From Squalus acanthias (lineage: Eukaryota), in assembly GCA_030390025.1 (NCBI GenBank), contig CM059451.1, forward strand, positions 2,108,001-2,172,000: DNA of 64,000 nt, read 5' to 3'. The position numbers were made by a program, and so were the translations under genes. Numbering within the stretch: position 1 is the stretch's first letter; each line of letters opens with the position of its first letter. This document shows positions 11,092 to 21,490 of the stretch, in pieces. The notes under the pieces are model-generated. The model was not told the DNA's origin and did no database searches. It saw nothing but the letters and a program-made list of their open reading frames with translations.

Positions 11092-11130
11092 GAGTCAACG
11101 TTTCAGGTCGAAGACCTTTCGTCAGAACTG
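11092..11130 (-). ncRNA. Minimal type I hammerhead ribozyme motif in Penelope terminal repeat
   Basis: AGUU CUGACGA A AGGUC UUC GACCU GAAAC GUU GACU. Confidence 0.7.
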
Positions 11131-11411
11131 GAAAAAGCTGGAGATGGAACAGGTTTTTAAGCAAATGCAGGGGCAGGGAAAGGGGGGAGGGGAGGAAAGA
11201 ACAAAAGGGAAGGTCTGTGATAGGGTGGAAGGCAGGAGAGATTAAGAGACAAAAGGGATGATGGTGCGAGGCAAAAGGAGATGGTAATGGGACAAGTTAA
11301 GAAATAAAAGATGGGTCGAGAGGAGGTGTAAATGGCAATGGCAGAATCAGTAACAGCTGCCGTCTGAAAAAATAGGGGCCGAGGTTATGATCTGAAATGA
11401 TTGAACTCGAT

Positions 11412-11650
11412 GTGACTGTCTGTGTGGAGTTTGCACATTCTCCCCGTGTCTGCGTAGGTTTCCTCCGGGTGCTCCGGTTTCCTCCCACAGTCCAAAGATG
11501 TGCGGGTTAGGTTGATTTGGCTATGATAAATTGACCCTTAGTGTTAGGGGGGATTAAATACGTGGGGCTACGGGGATAGGGTGGGATATGTGTCGGTGCA
11601 GGCTCGATGGGCCGAAATGGCCTCTATCTGCATTGTGGGGATTCTGTGAT
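11412..11650 (+). mobile_element. 5'-truncated V-SINE (HE1-like)
   Basis: V core tgtgtggagtttgcacattctccccgtgtctgcg...tcctcccacagtccaaagatgtg; CR1-like tail. Confidence 0.88.
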
Positions 11651-11699
11651 GTTGAGTCCAGAAGGCTGTAAAGTGCTTTCTTCCTTCTCTGTAAAGGCA

Positions 11700-12015
11700 T
11701 CACCCAGTTTAGGACTGAGCCTCATAAACCAGGGTTGATTCCTGGCCTCGGCTGAGGTGGATGATCTCAGCCAAGAGAGCTCCAATTTCAGATGAGCCAA
11801 AGTTCCTGTTCCTGGTCCCCATCCAGTGAGCTCCGCCGGAAGATCTGCCTGTGTGGCTGTAGAATGGAGGCAGGGCTGCCTTGCACAACCAACTAGCCAA
11901 GCAACACTTACTGCTGAGGCTCACATAGTAAGAGTCAGCAATTGGAGTGTTTGTGGTGGATGACTAACTTCACCCCAGCAAGAGTCGTCGCCTTTGAGAG
12001 TGGAAAAAAAATAAG
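11700..12015 (+). mobile_element. Possible ancient SINE-like repeat
   Basis: Degenerate tRNA-like head and A-rich tail; weakly similar pieces near 16230-16460 and 44820-44960. Confidence 0.3.
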
Positions 12016-12157
12016 AAAAAAATCTGTGGCCCTGAGATTGCCAGTTTCCTGCAGCTGAACTGGAATGAATGCTTTTCAAAAGTGTATTGAAAAGATTTCA
12101 TCAATGTGCAGACAGAGCTTCATTATAAAGAGGCACCAGCTTCAAATCTTTCTGTTA

Positions 12158-12543
12158 TAGAACATAAGAAATAGGAGCAGGAATAGGCCACTTGGCCCCT
12201 CGAGCCTGCTCCGCCATTCAATAAGATCATGGCTGATCTTGGCCTCAAAGCCACTTCCCTGCCCGCTCCCCATAACCCTTCACTCCCTTATCTTGCAAAA
12301 ATCTGTCTATCTCCACCTTAAATGTATTTAATGACCCAGCCTCCACGGCTCCCTGAGGCAGAGAATTCCACAGATTTACGACCCTCTGAGAGAAGAAATT
12401 CCTCCTCATCTCAGTTCTAAAAGGGCGACCCTTTATTCTGAAACTGTGCCCCCGAGTTCTAGATTTCCCCACGAGGGGAAACATCCTCTCTGCATCTACC
12501 TTGCCAAGCCCCCTCAGTATCTTATATGTTTCAATAAGATCAC
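12158..12543 (-). mobile_element. CR1 3' fragment
   Basis: MFPLVGKSRTRGHSFRIKGRPFRTEMRRNFFSQRVV; type A tail. Confidence 0.9.
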
Positions 12544-12816
12544 TGTTGAACTGGAAGAAGCTGTTATCGCTGGGCTAGACTACAGAAGGACTAATGTCAT
12601 TTAGAGTGTCTTCCTATAAACCCCCACTCCCATTGTGTAGATTATACACGAGGAAGCAATTCGAATTATCATGGGTAAAAGATTCCCCCATTCTCCGATA
12701 TATTGTAATGTCATGATAGGATCAGGATTCACTGTTGATTCGCGACGGGCTTGCTTGAATGTTATTCTGGCTGCTTTAAGATTGTTTTTGCACGTTTCAA
12801 CGTTTGTTTACACCAG

Positions 12817-13631
12817 GAGCAGATGTTGAAGCAGTCGATTGCAATCGAGGAAGGACAGCGGCCGAATGGGCACTGTTGACTGGGCGGCTTAAAACTTCTC
12901 GCCGAATCCAGCGGCTGCTGCAGCGGCCCTGTGTGGCTCAAGTCACGGACAGCTACATCTCAGAGTGGCCAGATCCCAAAGAACGGGCTGAAAAGGCAAC
13001 GGCGCCAAAGTCTCGGGGCAAGAAGATTTCCAATCAGCTGAGATCCATGTTGAGCATAAGGGTCCGAAATGACCCTGAGGACAATGGTGTGTTGGACCAG
13101 ATGGTGAGGATGACCACGAGCCTGTCCAGTCCATTCATTGCCACCGCCTGCAGGACCATTTGCCCAGGTAGTCCACCAGCTGTTGGAAAGTGTCGAGGTG
13201 CTGTGCCAGAAATACTGAAGTGCTTCTCTTTGCGAAAGGAGAACGAGGCCCATCTTCAGAATAGACCACTGAAACCGTCCAATGGAAACGTAGCCCCTTC
13301 CACCCGGGGAAGCTCCTCTGAGGAGGAATATGGAACGAAACAAAGGACAAGTGTCTGGTCGGTCAAATCTAGTGTCGCACCCGCCGCCACTGACGGTGAC
13401 ATGGTGAGCCTTTTGCCCATGCGAGCGTTTTGCAGGAATACCGCCATCCCTTCCGGCTGCATTCCGAAGATTCAATTCGACAAGGCTTCGCCTCACACGT
13501 ATAAAAGGGAGAAAAAGCAGTCGTCGAAGAACAAGAATTTACTACCTCTCCCGAAATGGAAGTACAAGCAGATGAAGGAGGACAAGAAGCTGGTCAAGGC
13601 TTTGAAAGAACAAACGCAAGAAAAGGAATGA
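12817..13631 (+). CDS. ANKRD33: ANKRD33 (PANKY) terminal coding exon
   Basis: Acceptor tttacaccag|GA; GADVEAVDCNRGRTAAEWALLTGR...EWP...DPEDNGVLDQMVRMTTSLSSPFIATACRTICPGSPPAVGK...LPKWKYK; RGxTAxEW, EWP and SPFxxTAC fit ANKRD33 better than ANKRD33B. Confidence 0.92.
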
Positions 13632-14027
13632 GGAAGCGGAAGGGAAGCAAACCATCTTTCTGTGAAGAACAGAAGGACTTCCGCTGAAGAAGCGGAACTT
13701 ATTTATGAAGCACTTTATGACATCTTTGTGAAATGGCAATTGGCTCTTTTCTTTCTGTCTGTTCATCATTTTGGAATTGGTTCGATGAGGTGGCCTTTGG
13801 AAGGAAATGTGAGATGTGCCCCTGACATCTCCCTGCCTGATGTAAACAGTGGCAAGGCATCTGTGGGGATGTCTATGATTCCTCTAGGTGTGAAAATGAA
13901 ATCAAGGGGGCAGGAAATACTTCATCGTGTAGCAAGGTCCACCTTTCCTTTTGAAGACAAGGAAGGTCTTTGCACAACATTGACGAGGCCGGTGGTTCAA
14001 TGTTGCTATCTGTGGTCAATGTGTCTC

Positions 14028-14033
14028 AATAAA
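14028..14033 (+). terminator. Candidate proximal polyadenylation signal of ANKRD33
   Basis: AATAAA about 400 nt after the stop codon. Confidence 0.35.
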
Positions 14034-14455
14034 TGTGCTCCACCAAATATTTACTAAACTATAGATGACTATGGGACTAGGTGATGCAGTATACTTTGCA
14101 AACTTACTCTTAATCAAGCCCAGAGTGATGGGATCAAACTTTCCTTTCCCTCTGTGTAAAAGGCTTACGTTGCAGTGAGTGCAGGCTGTTCTCAACTCGG
14201 GTCTTAATGGCTGCAAATTCACAGCACAATAGTTCGGGTCGAGTAAAGCTCACTCTACCTTGCAGTCTATCTCCTGCTGTATGTGATTGAGAATGGGGTG
14301 CCGGTGAGGAAGTGTTTCACTCATTACCGCACTGCTCACCTAACTGAGCACAAAAAGTTACACTAAAAGCTTTGGTGATGGGGCGAGGGGGAGAGATACT
14401 ACAGAAGGTAGAAAATGCAGGTAGGGAGTCTAAATCTAGGTTCTTGAGACTCAAT

Positions 14456-14608
14456 GGGGTAGATTTTCAACTTGCTGCCTGGGTGTAAGACTGGCATTGC
14501 AGATCAGATGCCCATTATAATTCCCATTGAAATTGTTTATTGTCTCGACCAGGCGGCCAATCAGCAATGCCAGTTTTATGCCCGGGCAACAAATTGAAAG
14601 TCTACCTC
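14456..14608. mobile_element. 153-bp Harbinger/Tourist-type MITE
   Basis: About 45-bp imperfect TIR ggggtagattttcaacttgctgcc...; perfect TSD AAT; partial second copy near 48174. Confidence 0.82.
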
Positions 14609-14864
14609 AATATGTCTAACTGAGATTTCTTTCTAATGAGAGTGCAATGAGCGCGTTCCTCAATATGGAGCAGCAGGTTTGATAAGATTGGTGCACCGCG
14701 ATAAAATTTGTTCAATTAATTACGTGCCCAATGCGTCACGCTGGCACTTAGTCACGGCCTGTGCCCCGGGTTAACAGGTCATGGTCAGGGTGGCAGGAGA
14801 GAAAGAGGCCTAGAAATGCGAATGGTTTTCGCTGGGGAACTGCCTGGTGATGGCCAGCAGCCCT

Positions 14865-16128
14865 ATAAGAACATAAGAACCAGGAGCAGGAATAGGCCAC
14901 TTGGCCCCTCGAGCCTGCTCCGCCATTCAATAAGATCATGGCTGATCTTGGGCTCAAAGCCACTTCCCTGCCCGCTCCCCATAACCCTTCACTCCCTTAT
15001 CTTGCAAAAATCTGTCTATCTCCACCTTAAATGTATTTAATGACCCAGCCTCCACGGCTCTCTGGGGCAGAGAATTCCACAGATTTACGACCCTCTGAGA
15101 GAAGAAATTCCTCCTCATCTCAGTTCTAAAAGGGCGACCCTTTATTCTGAAACTGTGCCCCCAAGTTCTAGATTTCCCCACGAGGGGAAACAACGGGCTG
15201 GATTTTGTCAATGGGGACGTGATGGAGGCGGGACTCCCACTTTTTGGGTTGTAGTCCCGCCTCCATCGACTTGTGGCCAACCCACTGTATTTTCCCTTGA
15301 TTGACCTTGTTAAGCCCGCCCAGCTCTGTGAAGCTGTCAAACACTGACAATATGATTTCTAACTTGAGTCCCTGTACTTAGACTCAGTTAGAAATCAGTC
15401 CAGCACAGAAAGCAGAGACTGCAGCTTTTGACAGCTCCGCGGCCATTCTGCTTTCTGTGCCGTGGATGTGAGGGACTCCCGACACCTTAGCCTGCAGGAC
15501 AAAGTTAAGATAAGTAAAAGTTCTTAAAACACTTTATACACACACCAAACACACTTACCTCTGCACTCATGCACCCATCACTCACCTGCACACCGGACAT
15601 CTCGACCCCTCCAAGCCCTCCAGACCGATGGTCCGCCTCGCTAAATCAGTGTGGTTCGGACCTGTCGGGAAGCCCACACTTCAGGGCTAAAAATAGGATT
15701 AGGCAAAAAACTGCCTGTTAACTACCTGTTAAGAGGCAGTTTATTGGCACTAATCCCCTTCCCGCCTCGGGGAGGCGGGTCCCAGCACAGGTCGGGTACC
15801 CGCCTCCTGGGAAACTGGCATGGAGGCGGGTTGGGGGCGGGATGGGTTCGGGACCCCCGAATCTGCTATTTTCCCACCCCACACGCCTCCAAACCCGCCT
15901 CCATGGACCGGTGAAAATTGAGCCCATCCTCTCGGCATCTACCCTGTCAAACCCCCTCAGTATCTTATATGTTTCAATAAGATCACCTCTCATTCTTCTA
16001 AATTCCAATGAGTATAGGCCCAGCCTGCTCAACCTTTCCTCATAAGTCAATCCCCTCATCTCTGGAATTAACCGAGTGAATCGTCTCTGAACTGCCTCCA
16101 ATGCAAGTATATCCCTCTTAAATAAGGA
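14865..16128 (-). mobile_element. CR1 3' fragment split by a Harbinger element
   Basis: ILALEAVQRRFTRLIPEMRGL...AERM | FPLVGKSRT... continuous across 15195-15925. Confidence 0.88.
15195..15925. mobile_element. Non-autonomous PIF/Harbinger element (family C1)
   Basis: TIR gggctggatttt/aaaattgagccc; flanks aac/atc; cleanly interrupts CR1; homologous to 33388-34187. Confidence 0.85.
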
Positions 16129-16725
16129 AGGATGTAAATGAAGCCTGAGGCCCAATCTTGGCTGGGCTTTGGGCCTACCTGTTCCGGCGTGAGGATCAAA
16201 CCAATTTCCAGGCCTGATACTACAGTTGGCTACACTACGGGCTGGGAGGATGGTGGCGAAGGGGGAGGGGATCAGCCTGAGGTCCTGCTGCTAGTCCCTC
16301 TTCAATGACCCCCGCTGGAAAGTGAGCGGTTGTGGACATTGAATAGCTTCGGTCTTGGCTGCAAAACTCACCCTAAAGCTTTACGCATGAAGAATGGACA
16401 CTCGGGCGAGTGCTGAGAGATGGCATGAGTTAGCACCGTCAGGAGAGGAGCGGAGAAAGTCGGGCAGAGGGTGTGAATTCCATTTTTGACGTTGCACATT
16501 TCTAACTGAAAGCAAAATCATTTTTGGGAGTGGCGGGGAAATATCCTACTGTCAAATGCAGGAGACTTTATTACAAATATTAATATATTTAATTTATTGT
16601 GCACAACTGTTTTAGAATAGATGCTGAAAATGTGTCATTTTGAGCTCTGTTAATGACTATTGCTGTGTTTTTATGAATTTGTGGTTTTTACATATGTATA
16701 TGTTAACCAGCAGATTACTGCCTAT

Positions 16726-16731
16726 AATAAA
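16726..16731 (+). terminator. Candidate distal polyadenylation signal of ANKRD33
   Basis: AATAAA after a U/AU-rich unique tract (16560-16720) containing TGTA. Confidence 0.4.
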
Positions 16732-16889
16732 ACCAAGCCTAATTAGGGGTGAATGGCCCCAGAACTGTCAATCAGTAGTCTGTCCTATATAGATTGGGAA
16801 GGTACAGCACGAACCACAGGATGGGATCAATGATCCACAGGGGTTAGTACACAGGGTGGGGTGTGATCCACAGAGGATAACTCGTAAGG

Positions 16890-17986
16890 TAAAAAAGAAA
16901 AGAAGGAAAAACTTGCACTTGTATAGCACATTTCACAACATCAGGACGTCCCAAAGTGCTTTACAGCAATGAAGTATTTTTAAAGTGTAGTCACTGTTGT
17001 AATGTAGGAAACGCGGCAGCCAATTTTCACACAGCAAGCTGCCTATGAGTAGCGACCAGATCATCTGTTTTAGTTGCGTTTGTTGAGGGATAAATATTGG
17101 CCAGGTTTGCCTTTCCAGACGAAGGTGTAGCCACCACCTTGCTCCTTGAGCTGGCCTTCCCCTGCCCGCCGGGACTCGCTTAGGGCGGCGGTGTCAATGT
17201 AGAAACGTCTCAGCTCCCGGGCAACGATAGCAGTACGGTGTTCCGGTCTGTCACTGTTAGGGTTGTCCATGAGGGTCCTGATATTCCAGGTCCCGAACTT
17301 CATTTTAAAGGGTGGAAGATGCCTGTGCGTGAATTCTTTTAACGTGGGGTGGCCGTTGCACACCAGCTACCACACGGGCTTGACAGAGCGAGGTCTTGGT
17401 CCAATGGCAAGGGGATCCAAGACGATTGGAGACCAGGCTCTGCTACAACGGCCTAGCACACACAAACACAAACATACTCCTGCTGTCCTCCTCCCTCCTT
17501 CCCGCAGGTCCTCTCTGTTGTTGGCCCGTGCCGCACCTTCCCTGGGCCCCGTCCCCGCTGCTGGTCCACGCAGCACCACTCCTGGGCCTTGGCCTTGCTG
17601 CTGGGCTCGTCCTCGCTCCTGGCCTCAGACATGAATGATGTTGTCTCTCACAGGATCAAATTAGCACTGATATTCTCGCGATCCCTGGCCCCGAGCTCCA
17701 CTCGCGATCCACTAGTCACTAGATCACTGGCCAGGGCACCGGGGAGAACGCCCCCCCTGCTCTTCTTTGAAATAGCGCCATGGGATCGTTTACCTCCAGC
17801 TGAGAGCAGACGGGGCCTCGGTTTAACGTCTCATCCGAAAGACGGCACCTCTGACAGTGCAGCGCTCCCTCAGTACTGGCACTGTGCGTGTCGGCCTGGA
17901 TTTTGTGCTCAAGTCTCTGGAGTGGGACTTGAACCCACAACCTTCTGACTCAGAGGCGAGAGTGCCACCCACTGAGACACGGCTGA
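16890..17986 (-). mobile_element. SacSINE1-like SINE split by an RTE insertion
   Basis: Tail half 16890-17105 and head half 17728-17986 rejoin at a duplicated tggccagg. Confidence 0.82.
17106..17727 (-). mobile_element. RTE-clade LINE 5' fragment (putative 5' UTR + APE endonuclease N-terminus)
   Basis: MKFGTWNIRTLMDNPNSDRPEHRTAIVARELRRFYIDTAALSESRRAGEGQLKEQGGGYTFVWKGKP. Confidence 0.85.
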
Positions 17987-18124
17987 GTTATGCAGAGGAT
18001 ACTGTGTGGGATGGGTTTTGCAGAGGATATTGTGCAGGGTAGTCTGTGATCCATAAAGCATAACGCACAGGATGGGTGTGCTGCATGGGGGAGTAATGTG
18101 TGGGCCTGAACTGAGATACAGGGT

Positions 18125-18672
18125 ATTACATAGATTTACACAGAATTTGCAGCACAGAAAGAGGCCATTCGGCCCAACTGGCCCATGCCAGTGTTTATGC
18201 TTCACACGAGCCTCCTCCCACCCCTCTTCATCTCACCCCATCAACATATCCTTCTATTCCTTTCTCCCTCATGTGTTTATCTAGCTTCCCCTTAAATGTA
18301 TCTATGCTATTCACCTCAACCACTCCCTGTGGTAGCGAGTTCCACATTCTCACCACTCTCTGGGTGAAGAAGTTTCTCTTGAATTCCCGATTGGATTTAT
18401 TAGTGACTATCTGATATCGATGGCCCCTAGTTCTGGTCTCCCCCACAAGTGGAAACATCTTCTCAACGTCTACCCTATCAAACCTTTCATAATCTTGAAG
18501 ACCTCTATCAGCTCACCCCTCAGTCTTCGCTTTTCTAGTGAAGAGACTCAGCCTGTTCAGTCTTTCCTGAGAGTTATAACCTCTCAGTTCTCGTATCATC
18601 CTAGTAAATTTTTCGCACCTTCCCCAGTGCCTCTATATCCTGTTTGTATCATAGGGACCAGAACTGTGCACA
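18125..18672 (-). mobile_element. CR1 3' fragment (type B tail)
   Basis: TRTRGHRYQIVTNKSNREFKRNFFTQRVV; tail ggctcgtgtgaagcataaacactggcatgggccagttgggccgaatgg. Confidence 0.88.
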
Positions 18673-19429
18673 GTTGTAACACTTTGAAATTTGAGATGAC
18701 GTCGTCAGTGAGGGAAGAGGAGCTTGCGAGGTTATCAACCTTATCTCAACCCGGAAAAAAGTGCTCCAGCCTGTGTTCTTCAATTGAACAAACAGGTAGA
18801 GTTGATAGTTTGGAGGGAGGAGTTACTTTCATTAGTCAACAGAAGGTTAGTGGGGAGCAGTGATGGATGCAAGGCTTCCTCGATCATGACACGTGGTTCG
18901 AACTGAAGTGTTATTGTGCAATGTAGCTGGATCTGCAATGGTATGGACACAGCAAACTCTCGGGCAGAAAGGCCAAGAGAGGAGAAGGATAGAAAATCTT
19001 ATTTAAACAGTGATGTAAGAAAACTACTAGGCACTTGGTCTAAGCGTTAAACAAAGCTTCAATCAACTGTTTTACAACATGGAGATCTAGTTGTGTCCTT
19101 CACTAGTTCCGGTTAAGAATGTCCTGCGCAAGCTGGGCCCGTGCCCGAGTATTTATACTCTCCCTGGACAGCGCCACCCACAGGCCACTCAGTATTATTT
19201 CATAAGTCATGAATGACAGATTCATGTCAAACAGCTTCTTGGGCTGCACTAATGGCCAAGTGAGTAAATGTACAGTCCAGTATTGTGCTGAGCCATTCAG
19301 CCCAGGCCGCTCCAAAGGTCAGGCCCTGGTCTGCAGTGGGGGGGGGGGGGGGGTGGTGGCAATTGTCTTCAGTGCACCAGGGGCAGAGAGATGCAAAATC
19401 ACCCAGAGCTCCTGTTCCTAATAAAAAAA

Positions 19430-19690
19430 ACTCTCGCCTCTGAGTCAGAAGGTCGTGGGTTGAAGTCCCGCTCCAGAGATTGAGCCCATAATCCAGGCTG
19501 GCACTCCCAGTGCAGTGCTGAGGGAGTGCTGCACTGTCAGAGGTGCCGTCTTTCGGATGAGAAGTTAAACCGAGGCCCTGTCTGCCCTCTCAGGTGGATG
19601 TAAAAGATCCCACGGCCACTATTTCGAAGAAGAGCAGGGGAGTTCTCCCCGGTGTCCTGGCCAATATTTATCCCTCATTCAACATCACTT
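19430..19690 (+). mobile_element. SacSINE1-like SINE, 5' two-thirds
   Basis: tRNA-like head and Deu core gccgtctttcggatgagaagttaaaccgaggccc. Confidence 0.8.
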
Positions 19691-19969
19691 TTCTCTGTAA
19701 AGGGGAAAGGCAAGTTTATCATTCTGGGTGTAGCCCCTTCATCAGAACTGGAAGCTGGAAGACAAGGGATGCCATTTATACACCAGGTGAAAATAAAGAG
19801 AAGGGGAGAGAGCATTGGGTAAGAGCCTAGCGTCAGCTATGCCAACATGTGAAAACATGCTAATGCCATATAAAGACCATTTGAGCCAGGCAGTGGAAAT
19901 GCATTTGAAAGGTAAAATGGGAGTAGCATCTGCTTTAAAATGGTAGGGAATGAAAGGGAAGGAATAAAT

Positions 19970-21490
19970 CCAATGGGGAATTCAGGAGAAACTTCTGTCC
20001 CCAGAGAGTGGTGAGAATGTGGAACTCGCTACCACAGGGAGTGGTTGAAGCGAATAGTATCGATGGATTCAAGGGGAGGCTGGACAAGCAGATGAGGGAG
20101 AAGGGAATAGAAGGATATTCTGTTAGATGAACTGGCGAGAAACTGGAAAGTACTGCAGTTCAAAGGGATCTGGGGGTCCTGGTGCAAGAAAATCAAAAAG
20201 TTAGTATGCAGGTACAGCAGGTGATCAAGAAAGCCAATGGAATGTTGGCTTTTATTGCTAGGGGGATAGAATATAAAAACAGGGAGGTATTGCTGCAGTT
20301 ATATAAGGTATTGGTGAGACCGCACCTGGAGTACTGCATACAGTTTTGGTGTCCATACTTAAGAAAAGACATACTTGCTCTCGAGGCAGTACAAAAAAGG
20401 TTAGAAACATAGAAACTAGGAGCAGGAGTAGGCCATTCGGCCCGTCGAGCCTGCTCCACCATTCAATACGATCATGGCTGATCATCCAAATCCAGTACCC
20501 TGTCCCTGCTTTCTCACACAGAATCCCCATCGAGCCTGCACCGACACATATCCCACCCTATCCCCGTAACCCCACGTATTTAATTCCCCCTAACATATCC
20601 CTTCCTATCCTATCCCCGTAACCCCACATATTTAATCCCCCCCTAACACTAAGGGTCAATTTATCATAGCCAAATCAACCTAACCCGCACATTTTTTGGA
20701 CTGTGGGAGGAAACCGGAGCACCCGGAGGAAACCCACGCAGACACGGGGAGAATGTGCAAACTCCACACAGACAGTCACCCGAGGCCAGATTCGAACCCG
20801 GGTTCCTGGCGCTGTGAGGCACCAGTGCTAACCACTATGCCACCGTGTTGCTCGGTTAATCCCGGGGATGAGGGGGTGGACATACGAGGAGAGGTTGAGT
20901 AGATTGGGACTCTACTCATTGGAGTTCAGAAGAATGAGAGGCGATCTTATTGAAACATATAAAATTGTGAAGGGGCTTGATCGGGTGGACGCGGTGAGGA
21001 TGTTCCCAATGATGGGTGAAACTAGAACTAGGGGACATAATCTTAGAATAAGGGGCTCCTCTTTCAAAACTGAGATGAGGAGAAACTTTTTTACTCAGAG
21101 GGTAGTGGGTCTGTGGAATTTGCTACCCCAGGAAGCTGTGGAAGCTACTTCATTAAATAAATTTAAAAAAGAAATAGACCGTTTCCTAGAAGTAAAGGGA
21201 ATCAGGGGTTACGGGGAGCGGGCTGGAAATTGGACATGAGTTTGAGTTCGGATCGGTCAAGGCCCTGTGGGTGGCGGAGCGGGCCCAGGGGCCGAGTGGC
21301 CTGGTCCTGCTCCTGCTTCTTGTGTTCTTTAGAGTTGAGGTTGGATCAGATCAGCCATGATCTCATCGAATGGCGGAGCAGGCTCGAGGGGCCGATTGGT
21401 CTACTCCTGCTCCTATTTCTTATGTTCTTATAAACACCGGCATGGGCCAGTTGGGTCGAATGGCCTGTTTCTGTGCTGTAAATACTGTGG
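19970..21490 (+). mobile_element. Nested CR1 cluster: type B relic invaded by a type A CR1 (20131-21430)
   Basis: QVQQVIKKANGMLAFIARG...LGLYSLEFRRMRGDLIETYK; type B sequence on both sides. Confidence 0.85.
20518..20852 (-). mobile_element. Full-length V-SINE (HE1-like) fused to a CR1 tail (20403-20517)
   Basis: A-box tggcatagtgg, B-box ggttcgaatc, V core, tail with an internal duplication. Confidence 0.88.

Larger units (their letters stand above)
11030..11677 (-). mobile_element. Penelope-like element 3' end, interrupted by a V-SINE at 11412-11650
   Basis: Terminal ccacagatgctgcctgacctgctgagtgtttccagc; end of GIY-YIG ORF (LQPSGLNIEF) split by the SINE. Confidence 0.8.

Noticed and set aside
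12804-12816. Start of the 275-aa ORF as a single-exon gene
   Set aside because: The start is a TTG in the intron's pyrimidine-rich tract; the exon begins at 12817 after CAG.
12960-13496. 178-aa antisense ORF and other ORFs overlapping ANKRD33
   Set aside because: Shadow frames of a real exon with no recognisable motifs.
19338-19354. Long G/C homopolymers (also near 26457, 28262, 44102, 57358) as G-quadruplex signals
   Set aside because: Simple slippage tracts, mostly inside repeats, with unreliable length.
20775-20852. tRNA gene
   Set aside because: tRNA-derived SINE head with A/B boxes but no complete cloverleaf; the same applies to the Deu SINE heads.
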